In this document: positions 16,906 to 25,635 of the stretch, one piece after another | Layout: every line of letters starts with the position of its first letter | Position numbering within the stretch: the stretch's first letter is position 1 | Assembly: GCA_963708075.1 (NCBI GenBank) | Contig: OY970194.1 | Span: 576,001 to 640,000, forward strand | Source of the DNA: Sedimentisphaerales bacterium | GTDB lineage: Bacteria; Planctomycetota; Phycisphaerae; Sedimentisphaerales; Anaerobacaceae | Reading direction: 5' to 3' | DNA: 64,000 nt | Translations under genes and position numbers: made by a program | The notes under the pieces: generated by a model | What the model was told of the DNA's origin: nothing | Database searches by the model: none | Seen by the model: only the letters and a program-made list of their open reading frames with translations

Positions 16906-18333
16906 ATGCAGAGACGTGAATTCCTGAAGATAGCCGGTTTGTGTGCCACTCTTCCTGTATGCGCGGTCACAGGGGCCCAGAAGCGGGGACCCAACGTCGT
17001 GTTCATCCTGGCCGACGACCTCGGCTACGGCGATCTGGGCTGCTATGGCCAGAAGAAGATCCACACGCCAAACATCGACAGAATTGCTGCCGGGGGTATG
17101 CGGTTCACCCAGTGCTATTCCGGCAACCCGGTCTGCGCCCCGTCACGGTGCACGCTGATGACCGGATACCACACGGGACATGCCCAAGTGCGGAACAATA
17201 AGCAGGTCGGCGGCGAGGAAGGCTGGAAGCTCGGCGCAACAACAGGGGGGCAGTGGCCGCTGGCCGAGGGCACGTTCACCGTCGCCCACCTGTTCAAGAA
17301 GGCGGGCTATGCCACCGGCGCATTCGGCAAGTGGGGCCTCGGGCGGGTCGGCACGACGGGCGATCCACAAAAGCAGGGCTTCGACCACTTCTTCGGCTAC
17401 ATCTGCCAGCGCCAGGCGCACACGTACTACCCGAATCACCTCTGGCGCGACGGCGAGATCCTCTGGATTGAGGAGAATAAGAACGAGGCCGAGCGGGTGT
17501 ACTCGCTGGACCTGATTGCCCAGGAAGCTCTGAAGTTCGTCAGGGTGAACAAGGACAAGCCATTCTTTCTGTACGTGCCATTCACGATCCCGCACGTGGC
17601 CTTGCAGGTGCCGGAGGATTCGCTGGCCGAGTACAAGGACCGGTGGCCCGACCCGCCATATGATGGCAAGAAGGGCTACGTCGCCCACCCGCATCCGCGG
17701 GCCTGCTACGCGGCGATGATCACTCGGATGGACAAGTATGTCGGGCAGATCACAGCTCTGCTCAAGGAGCTTGGTTTGGCGGAGAATACGCTTGTCATCT
17801 TCGCAAGTGACAACGGCCCGACCTACGCCGGCGGCGGGGACGCAGGCTTCTTCGAGAGTGCCGGACCTCTGCACGGCCTGAAAGGCTCGGTGTGGGACGG
17901 CGGCATCCGCGTACCGTTCGTCGCTCGCTGGCCCGGCAAAATCAAGTCCGGCAGCGAGAGCGATCAGATCGCCGCGTTTTGGGATTTCCTGCCGACGTGT
18001 GCCGAACTGCTGGATGTGCAGCCGCCTGCAGGCATCGATGGCATTTCGATTTTGCCCACGCTTCTGGGCCGGCCCCAGCAGCAAAAGCAGCATGATTATC
18101 TGTACTGGGAGTTGAACGGCCAGCAGGCGGTGCGGATGGGAGACTGGAAAGGTGTCCGCCTCAAGCCGGATCAGAAAATCCAGCTTTTCAACCTGAAAAC
18201 GGATATCGGCGAGAAGATCGATGTTGCCGACCAGCATCGGGATATTGTCGCCGGAGTGGAAGAGATATTCACCAAAGGCCGGACGGAATCCAAGGTCTTT
18301 CCCCTGCGCCAGCCGAGACCAGCCAAAAAGTAG
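16906..18333 (+). CDS. Arylsulfatase (formylglycine-dependent, S1), Tat-exported
   Basis: RREFLK; PNVVFILADDLG; CAPSR core motif; GKWGLG; SDNG. Confidence 0.94.
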   Translation: MQRREFLKIAGLCATLPVCAVTGAQKRGPNVVFILADDLGYGDLGCYGQKKIHTPNIDRIAAGGMRFTQCYSGNPVCAPSRCTLMTGYHTGHAQVRNNKQVGGEEGWKLGATTGGQWPLAEGTFTVAHLFKKAGYATGAFGKWGLGRVGTTGDPQKQGFDHFFGYICQRQAHTYYPNHLWRDGEILWIEENKNEAERVYSLDLIAQEALKFVRVNKDKPFFLYVPFTIPHVALQVPEDSLAEYKDRWPDPPYDGKKGYVAHPHPRACYAAMITRMDKYVGQITALLKELGLAENTLVIFASDNGPTYAGGGDAGFFESAGPLHGLKGSVWDGGIRVPFVARWPGKIKSGSESDQIAAFWDFLPTCAELLDVQPPAGIDGISILPTLLGRPQQQKQHDYLYWELNGQQAVRMGDWKGVRLKPDQKIQLFNLKTDIGEKIDVADQHRDIVAGVEEIFTKGRTESKVFPLRQPRPAKK

Positions 18334-18378
18334 CGCTGCGGCTATCCCAATTTGGCAAGCGGCTCTCGGCTATTTTGC

Positions 18379-18459
18379 CGGGTGCCATGCTTACGCTTGC
18401 GTAAGCATGCCTTGTCCTGTCGGTGGAGCATGTCCACGCGACCGTGGACATGGCACCCG
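18379..18459. repeat. REP/REPIN-like double-hairpin element, family A copy 1
   Basis: Terminal IR CGGGTGCCATG...CATGGCACCCG enclosing hairpins CATGCTTACGC-TT-GCGTAAGCATG and CATGTCCACG-CGAC-CGTGGACATG; inverted copy at 23280-23357. Confidence 0.8.
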
Positions 18460-18519
18460 CAACCCACGGTTTTGAGATAGTCAGAGTAGTATTCCGGCTA
18501 TGCTGCTCCGGTGGCTATC

Positions 18520-18613
18520 GGGTGGCAGCGGCAAGCGGAGTCTTCGGAGCTTGCCGATGGCGTACATATGTAGACACGAGTCATCGGCAAGCTGGCGCTT
18601 GCCGCTGCCACCC
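18520..18613. repeat. REP-like palindromic element, family B copy 1
   Basis: Perfect 18-bp IR GGGTGGCAGCGGCAAGCG...CGCTTGCCGCTGCCACCC plus inner 12-bp IR; related copy at 33107-33196. Confidence 0.75.
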
Positions 18614-18759
18614 ATCATAATCGATATTCTCCAAGCACCATTGTAGAGTAGCCGGAGCAGTAGGGTGTGCATCGCACACCAGCAATCCGTTGGTCAGAGA
18701 GAGTGTTCTGTGCAGAGGAAGCGGTGTGCGGTGCACACCCTACAATTTCTTCCTCCAGG

Positions 18760-18785
18760 TGTAACCTTTGATGGTGCTGCGCTCA
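18760..18785 (+). promoter_or_regulatory. Putative ECF sigma promoter TGTAACCT-N14-CTCA
   Basis: AAC-containing -35 box typical of ECF promoters, about 75 nt upstream of the Spy-like gene adjoining an ECF sigma gene. Confidence 0.4.
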
Positions 18786-18859
18786 CTATCCTGTCAGAAG
18801 GGCCCGACTGTGACGAACTGAATGATGAACAGGATCACGGAGCTCGAAAGGAGCCGGAT

Positions 18860-19606
18860 ATGAAGACGGGATGGAAGACAGCAGTTGTTGTGATGGTGGT
18901 ACTCGTTGTGGCGGGAGGGCTGGTCATTGCGGGCCCGGGCGGCGGGCCGGGATGGGGTCGCGGACCCGCCCATAGTCGTGGGCCAGGTATGGGGCCGGGC
19001 ATGGGTATGGGCATGGGGCCTCAGGGGCTTGGGCCGATGGGACCGGCTCATAGTGATGCACTGGGCGCTATAGGGGCGTGGCTGAACCTGACTGACGAGC
19101 AAAAGACTCAGCTTCGTGAGATCCAAGAGCAGGGGAAGGCAGATGCCGAAGCGGCCCAGGATGCTGTAGCTGACGCCAGGGACGCCTTGCACGACGCCGT
19201 GATAGGCGGCGCGGCGGAGACTGAGATTCGCGCTGCGGCGACCGCCCTCGGCGGGGCCATTGGCAATCAGGCTGTTCTACACGCCAAATCTGTGGCCGCC
19301 GCGAAGGCTATCCTGACAGACGAGCAGCGTAAGAAGTTCGACGAGATGAGAGCCAGGCTGCCGGGCCTTCGACAGAGAATTCCGCATGCCACGGGGCCGT
19401 TCTGCCCCTGGGCCGATCCCAACGATCCGAACGCGCCTGTGCAAGCTCCCCTGCGAGGCCAGGGTTTCGGTGGCGGTCCTGTGCCGACCGAGCAGATCTT
19501 CACGGCTGCTGATACCAACAAGGATGGCAAGCTGACACTGGAAGAACTCGAGGCCTTTCACAATAAGGTCCGAGGAAGCGGTCTGCAATTCCGGCATCAG
19601 CAATGA
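18860..19606 (+). CDS. Periplasmic Spy/CpxP-family protein with C-terminal EF-hand
   Basis: Signal peptide, G/M/P-rich segment, two LTxxQ motifs (LNLTDEQK, ILTDEQR), EF-hand DTNKDGKLTLEE; AAGGAG SD before ATG 18860. Confidence 0.82.
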   Translation: MKTGWKTAVVVMVVLVVAGGLVIAGPGGGPGWGRGPAHSRGPGMGPGMGMGMGPQGLGPMGPAHSDALGAIGAWLNLTDEQKTQLREIQEQGKADAEAAQDAVADARDALHDAVIGGAAETEIRAAATALGGAIGNQAVLHAKSVAAAKAILTDEQRKKFDEMRARLPGLRQRIPHATGPFCPWADPNDPNAPVQAPLRGQGFGGGPVPTEQIFTAADTNKDGKLTLEELEAFHNKVRGSGLQFRHQQ

Positions 19607-19756
19607 GGGAACAATCGATATCTGTGATGACGGCCTCGCCTGGAAGGGACTGTTTCGGGCGGGGCCGCCACGCGTTGTGTGCCAAGTGAATATGAGGAAT
19701 GTAAGGCGACGGAATTGCCTTGCTGAGAATCGCGTGTAGGGGTAGTTCTTTGCGAT

Positions 19757-20440
19757 ATGATTGGCGCCAGTCATCTATTGCCGGATGCTGCAACATTCGT
19801 TGAGGCTCTCATCGCCGAGGCAGTGCGAGCCCTGGCGGACGCGGCGTATGCACAGCCGCAGAGCTTCGCGGCGGATGCGAGTGCAAGCGATCTGGAGGAT
19901 CTGGACCGGACACGCGGGGGCGACCCGGACGCCTATCGCCGGCTCATCGAGCGGCATCAGGACTACGTCGCGGGAATCCTCTGGCGATTTAGCCGCGACC
20001 GCCGGGACCACGAGGAGCTTGTGCAGGATGTGTTTGTAGAAGCTTACCTGGGCCTGGGCACCTACCGCAGAAAGGCGCCATTCCAGCACTGGCTGGCGCG
20101 CATCGCGACGCGCGTCGGGTACCGGTACTGGAAGGAGAAGACCCGCCGCAGGAAGGCGGAGTCCTTCAACCTTGAGCAATGGGACAGGGCCACCGAGGAT
20201 GACGGCATCAGCAGTGCACTTGAGCCTGAAGATGCGGCTACGCTCTTGTACAAGCTTTTCGAACAGTTGCCACCGCGTGACCGGCTGGTGCTGACACTTC
20301 GATACCTGGACCAATGTGACGTCGCGGAAACAGCTCAGCGGACGGGCTGGACAAGGACGATGGTCAAGGTGCAGACGTTGCGTGCGAAGAAACGACTACA
20401 GAATCTGGTTAAACAAGGCGGGACGGAGCTGATCCGATGA
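19757..20440 (+). CDS. ECF RNA polymerase sigma-70 factor
   Basis: Region 2 (EELVQDVFVEAY...FQHWLARIA) and region 4 (LPPRDRLVLTLRY...ETAQRTGW...VKVQTLRAK). Confidence 0.9.
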   Translation: MIGASHLLPDAATFVEALIAEAVRALADAAYAQPQSFAADASASDLEDLDRTRGGDPDAYRRLIERHQDYVAGILWRFSRDRRDHEELVQDVFVEAYLGLGTYRRKAPFQHWLARIATRVGYRYWKEKTRRRKAESFNLEQWDRATEDDGISSALEPEDAATLLYKLFEQLPPRDRLVLTLRYLDQCDVAETAQRTGWTRTMVKVQTLRAKKRLQNLVKQGGTELIR

Positions 20441-20703
20441 CCTGGGAAAAGAGAATTGAGCATCTGGCGGCAAGGGCGAGGGCCGAGAGGCCGCCGAAGG
20501 TGGACGTGGCAGATAGCGTTCTTCAAATGCTCGCGGCCGGTCAGACCGAGCCGCTGGGCGTGACGGAGCGATTCTGGATGTGGCTGGCCGCCGTGTCCTC
20601 CGCCGTAGCTGTGCCGACGGCGGCCGTCGCGTTCACGCTCTACGCGAGATCCGCCGGACCGCTGAACGGGATTGCTGAGGCGATTTCATGGGTAGCGAAA
20701 TGA
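20437..20703 (+). CDS. Small single-TM protein, putative anti-sigma factor
   Basis: ATGA overlap with sigma gene; 88 aa with one hydrophobic segment. Confidence 0.65.
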   Translation: MTWEKRIEHLAARARAERPPKVDVADSVLQMLAAGQTEPLGVTERFWMWLAAVSSAVAVPTAAVAFTLYARSAGPLNGIAEAISWVAK

Positions 20704-21288
20704 ACCAACACGAGAGTCTCGACAGCCCGATGGTCCTGCTCCGCCGGCTGCATCGCTGGCGAATGGCCTTCTTCGGATTGGTCATTCTCCTGGCAGGCAT
20801 GCTCAGCGGCGCTGCCATCGCGCTGCTGGTGGTCGGGCATCTCGAAGGGCAGGGGTCGCCACCTCCCATCGGGATGGTAAAGGAGATGCTGGCGCGACTC
20901 GGTCCTCGCCTGGATCTCTCTCGGGAGCAACGCGATCAGATGGAACCCATTCTTCTGCGACATGTGCAGAGACTCGATGAGATTGGACAGGACGGGCGGG
21001 CAGCGATCGTGGAGGAACTGAGGACCTTGAACGAGGAAATGGCCACCGTGCTGAACGAGGGCCAGATGCGCCAGTGGCAACAACTGCTGCAGAGTCTTCC
21101 CGGCCAGATCCGCCACGTTCCCGGTGGTTTTGGCCCCGGTCCGGGTTCTCGGTCCTGGGCCTGGCCCCGGCGGCGGTCGGGGAATGGGAGGTGGACGATT
21201 TGGCCCGAGGAGAGACGGTCAGGGCCCGCTCCACGTGTCTCCCGAAGGGCCGTCCGCACCGGATATGAATGCCGTGTCTCCCCATTAG
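20700..21288 (+). CDS. Membrane-anchored periplasmic helical-hairpin (Spy/CnrX-like) protein; apparent +1 frameshift near 21150
   Basis: TM segment, LDLSREQ and LNEGQ motifs; the +1 frame from 21151 continues GPGPGPGGGRGMGGGRFGP...H* to TAG 21286-21288. Confidence 0.65.
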
Positions 21289-21392
21289 GTTCACGCGTCT
21301 GCTTCCCGATCCGGGTGTCACAAGCTTTGACAGTCGTGTGCGTGCGCGTTAGCATGGCGGTGATCGGAAACCGTCTATAGGAAGGTACGCAC

Positions 21393-22870
21393 ATGACTGC
21401 ACGACACACCAACGCTGCTGTACTTGGGGGACCTGGAAACGCGGGACGGATAAGCCGCCGGAATCTTGTGAAGGCTTCCGTTGCCGTCGGGCTTTCGATG
21501 ATCGTTCCGCACTCTCGCGCGAGGGGGGCCAACGGTGACATCCGGGTCGCCGTGGTGGGAATCCGAAGCCAGGGCAGCAATCACATCAATTGGTTCCGCG
21601 CGATCCCCGGCGTTCGCGTCGTCGCCATCTGCGACGCCGATAGGAACTTCCTGGAACGGGAGCAGAAGAAGTTCACCGACCGTGGCGAGAAGGTGGACAC
21701 GTACGTGGACTACCGCAAGCTGCTCGAAGACAAGAGCATCGATGCGGTAATCACCGCCACGCCGAACCACTGGCACGCGCTCGTCACCGTCTGGGCGTGC
21801 CAGGCGGGCAAGGACGTGTACGTCGAGAAGCCCGTCTCGCACAACATCTGGGAAGGGCGGCGGATGGTCGAGGCGGCCCGCAAGTACAGCCGCATTGTGC
21901 AAAGCGGCACGCAACGCCGCTCCGATGAGGGCCTGCGGGAGGCCATCGACTATGTCAAGCAGGGCAACCTGGGGGCGATCAAACTGGTTCGCGGCCTCGT
22001 GTACGTGCGGCGTGACAGCATCGGCAAGGTCGATGGGCCGCAGCCGGTGCCGGAGTCCGTCGACTATAACCTGTGGTGCGGTCCGAGCCCGATGCTCCCG
22101 TTGACGCGAAAGAGCCTGCACTACGACTGGCACTGGGTCTGGCCGACCGGCGACGGCGACTTCGGCAACAACGGCATTCATTACATCGATGTCTGCCGCT
22201 GGGTTGTCGGCAAGAACGAGCTGCGCCCCGCGTGCTGAGCTTCGGCGGGCGATTTGGATATGTCGATGATGGCGTGACACCCAACACACAGGTCATATTC
22301 CTCGACTATAAGCCGGTTCCAATCCTTTTCGAGGTTCGCGGCTTGCCCCGTGCAAAGGGCGACTCGGCGATGGACAACTACCGTGGGATTCAAGGCGGCG
22401 TGGTCGTGCACTGTGAGAACGGCTACCTCGCGGGCGGATGGGCTTACGACAACAGCGGCAAGAGAATCAAGCAGTTCAAACTGACGGAAGGCGCCGGCCA
22501 CCACGAGAACTTTATCAAGGCCGTGCGCAGCCGCAAGGTCAGCGACCTGAACGCCGATGTCCTCGAAGGCCACCTCTCCGCCGCTTTGTGCCACATGGGC
22601 AGCATCTCCTACCGCCTCGGACAGACGGCATTCCGAGCAGAGATTCTGGAACGGATCGGCGGCAACCAGGATCTTACGGAGGTGTTCGAGCGAGTCCAGG
22701 ATCATCTGCTGCTCAATGGCGTCGACGTGAAGCTGACACCGCGCGTTCTTGGCTGCTGGCTGACGACGGACCCGCAGGCGGAACGCTTCACAGGTGAGTT
22801 TGCGGAAGAAGCCAACAAGCTCGTCCGCGGGACCTATCGCGAGCCCTTTGTTGTTCCGGAGACGGTGTGA
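21393..22870 (+). pseudogene. Tat-exported Gfo/Idh/MocA oxidoreductase, split by a 1-nt deletion near 22223 (or assembly error)
   Basis: SRRNLVK; ATPNHWH; GKDVYVEKP; C-terminal half (PRVLSFGGRFG...HHENFIKAVRSR) in ORF 22073..22870. Confidence 0.82.
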
Positions 22871-22920
22871 GATCCATATTTCTCGTTCAGCCGGCTATCA
22901 CGATCTTCGTTGTGTGCGCC

Positions 22921-23150
22921 GTCCTGCGCGTCCATGAGAAGGTCCGCCGGCTCTACAGGCTCTACGACGCCGAGAAGAACCTTGGACTGCAGATCACCGA
23001 GGGTCCCCACAAGGACACCCAGGAACTGCGGATTCATGCCTTTGTCTGGTTCAACCGCTTTCTCAAGGGAGAGGATCCGCTGATCAGCGACGCTGCTGCT
23101 CCTCTCTTTGAGCCGCAGCAGTTGAAAGTCTTTGGGGAATTGCAGCCGAA
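22921..23150 (+). pseudogene. Internal fragment of an alpha/beta-hydrolase (acetylxylan-esterase-like)
   Basis: VRRLYRLYDAEKNLGLQITEGPHKD...AFVWFNRFLKG resembles the catalytic-His region of such hydrolases; no nucleophile region and no plausible N-terminus. Confidence 0.5.
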
Positions 23151-23279
23151 CGCACTAATGTTGCGCTGCACGGGAAGAACACATCCGCCTGGCAGTTCCC
23201 AACATCGGTCGGCACAAGCCTCGGCTGGGACCGCCAACGATTTCGTACCGATTCCCAGTAGATCGTGGGGCGGTATCAG

Positions 23280-23357
23280 GGGTGCCATGTCCGCGCTCGC
23301 GTGGACATGTTCGCTCATCGGCTGAAACATGCTTACGCAAGCGTAAGCATGGCATCC
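23280..23357. repeat. REP/REPIN-like double-hairpin element, family A copy 2 (inverted)
   Basis: GGGTGCCATGTCCGCGCTCGCGTGGACATG...CATGCTTACGCAAGCGTAAGCATGGCATCC matches the reverse complement of 18379-18459 in both hairpins; spacer differs. Confidence 0.8.
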
Positions 23358-23423
23358 AGTAGGCGGGGTGCCCCCGAGATCCGGGTAGCGTGGGCAAAGT
23401 TGTCTTCCCGTGGGCTGCGGTGC

Positions 23424-25304
23424 TCACTGCATTCCCGTGACGTGGTGGCTCATGGCGGCGATTTCTGTACCGTCGGGGAGTGTGAAAGACTTGTCGCCGA
23501 AGTTGACGGTGACCACGACACCATTAGCGAAACGCGTCTGCTGCACGCTTCTGTCATCGGTCAGGAACGAATGATCGACCATCTCACTGTAGCCGACCGC
23601 CCGCGCGACTGAGCAGGTGTCTTTGTAGCTTCGCAGGAAGCGGTCCTTGTTCTGTTCCCAGAATTCGCGAGAGAACATGAACATCGGCGGTGTGCCGTAG
23701 AGAATGTTGAACAGGTCCCGCTTGTCCCAGAGGGCGGGCAGCTTGTTGTTGTAGTCGCCCCAGTACCACTGGGCGACGACGCAATCGTGGTACACCAGCT
23801 CCCAGAGGGGCAGGCGGTAGTTGTGGCCGAGTTGGTACTTGGCCACTCGCTCGGGGACCTCCTGCCAGATCTTTTGCATCTGCCGTCCGGAGTCGGGCAC
23901 GCGATAGGGCCCGAGGCTGAGCATGCCTTCAAAGTAATGGACAAACGGCACGGCGGCATCGTGGCCCGTCTCGCTGCCGGTCACGAGGCGTACGTCCTGT
24001 GACATGTATCGCAGCAACTCCATCTTCCAGTGCCGGCTCTCGCCGCGGGTCATTGGGTGGTCCGGATGGTAGCACTCACGCCAAGGCGCGGCCGTGGTCG
24101 TATCGATGAATCGGCAGCGATACGGGTGAGTCTTCAACTCGGCGGGGACTCGTTCGGCGGCATATTTTACGGCCTGCTTGTCGCACAGCACCGCGCACGG
24201 GTACATCTTGCCGTCCTTGCCTCGGACCTCCCAGCCCTTGCGCCAGTCGCCCCTCTCGTCGAGCATGATATCCGCCGGCCAGGCTGCCTGGGTCCAGTCC
24301 GGGTGCACGCTGCGAAGCTGCTCCTTGACAACGTTCGGGTCCATCAGGTCTTGGTAGATGTCATACCGGCTGGTGAGAACGCCGCCCAGATCGTTCATTG
24401 CCTGGATCATCTCCGGGCTCGCCCGATTGCTCCACAGGATCCTGTCGATGCCACGGGACTTCATGTCACGCACCATGCCGAGGGGGTCCTTTTCCCAGTA
24501 CCAGACGTTGACCGCCCCGATCAGCAGGTCCACATTGGGATTCACGGCGCGTTTGTCCGTAAGCGTCTTGAGCAGGCCAGTCTGCCGTGCGTACGAGCGA
24601 TATCGTTTGCACATGGCCACGTGGCCGCCTTTGTCGAGGAAGACGTATCGCACCTTGCGAGCGTACCCGAATTGGCCTTTCTGGGGGTCCCATTCCGGCA
24701 TGACGCAGAGCTTGCCATCGTGTCGGGCGATCAGAATTGCAGCGTCGTCGGGCGTCTCCAGGATCGCCATGTACCCGCGCTGCCCATCCGTGGCGCCCCA
24801 GAAGGGCATGCAGATCCCGTGGCCGCCATAGGCGATCAGTCTCTGGGTTCCCACCGATGCATCGTCCACCGGATACGAGATCCCCTCATTCATGGGAATC
24901 ACCAGGCAGGTGCCCGCCTGGGTGACGAATGGCAACGGGTAACGAAGCGGGCTTGTCATATCGCGCTGTGCGGACAGAGTGACAGTGAACTCGGGCTTGT
25001 CCCCGTCCAACTCGATTTGCATGCTTGTATCCACGCTGAAGCCCGAGGCCCGCCACAATCCGGTTATGCCGTGGGCGCTGATCGTTGTCTCCGCCATTGT
25101 GCCTCGCACCACGGCCTTCTGTACCCAGCGTTCGCCCGTTCGCTTATCCAGGATGGTCATGGTCCCATCCGCGGCGTCGAGGGACACGGAGATGGCAGAA
25201 TTCTCCCGAACGAGGGAGTCGCCTCGGACGCACGGGACCGCCGTAAGGCATATAAGGATAGCAACAAGCGTGATTGGTCTACAACCTCTTGAGGTGATCT
25301 GCAT
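23424..25304 (-). CDS. Secreted glycoside hydrolase, GH129/GH101-like
   Basis: AGGAGG SD before ATG 25304; signal peptide; SRYDIYQD, FIDTTTA, GSETGHD and PLWELVYHDC motifs. Confidence 0.68.
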   Translation of the reverse strand: MQITSRGCRPITLVAILICLTAVPCVRGDSLVRENSAISVSLDAADGTMTILDKRTGERWVQKAVVRGTMAETTISAHGITGLWRASGFSVDTSMQIELDGDKPEFTVTLSAQRDMTSPLRYPLPFVTQAGTCLVIPMNEGISYPVDDASVGTQRLIAYGGHGICMPFWGATDGQRGYMAILETPDDAAILIARHDGKLCVMPEWDPQKGQFGYARKVRYVFLDKGGHVAMCKRYRSYARQTGLLKTLTDKRAVNPNVDLLIGAVNVWYWEKDPLGMVRDMKSRGIDRILWSNRASPEMIQAMNDLGGVLTSRYDIYQDLMDPNVVKEQLRSVHPDWTQAAWPADIMLDERGDWRKGWEVRGKDGKMYPCAVLCDKQAVKYAAERVPAELKTHPYRCRFIDTTTAAPWRECYHPDHPMTRGESRHWKMELLRYMSQDVRLVTGSETGHDAAVPFVHYFEGMLSLGPYRVPDSGRQMQKIWQEVPERVAKYQLGHNYRLPLWELVYHDCVVAQWYWGDYNNKLPALWDKRDLFNILYGTPPMFMFSREFWEQNKDRFLRSYKDTCSVARAVGYSEMVDHSFLTDDRSVQQTRFANGVVVTVNFGDKSFTLPDGTEIAAMSHHVTGMQ

Positions 25305-25635
25305 AGGATCGGGTCCTCCTTTTATAGCGACTCTGCTCCAGCGTAAGCAGTAAGTCATGGGACAGCATAAGGTTAGGCGCATTTCGAGTCCCAGGCAACA
25401 GAAATCCCCTCCAAAGTGCAGATGCACGAGCCCATATCGGTAGTGCACGAAAAAAACCTGTGAACGCTCTTGAACCTGCGTGCGTTTGCCGATACAATTA
25501 GTATAGGAGTTATTCTCCGCAGCACGTTGGAGGACAAAGCATGCAGCGAAACCGGCCTGCGATACCACATGGGGGACCATAAATCGTTCTGCGCACAGTG
25601 TGTGAACGTTTTGGAATTCAGAGAGGAGAACAGAA

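Noticed and set aside
18379..18613. Possible CRISPR array or tRNA in the palindrome-rich gap
   Set aside because: No regularly spaced direct repeats, no cas genes and no cloverleaf; better explained as REP-like elements
21289..21380. C-terminal extension of ORF 20688..21380
   Set aside because: Arg-rich out-of-frame read after the apparent frameshift; the +1 frame gives the compositionally consistent tail
25471..25495. Fourth sigma28-like site (GCCGATAC) upstream of 25636
   Set aside because: Good -10 box but no TAA-type -35 at 15-16 nt spacing
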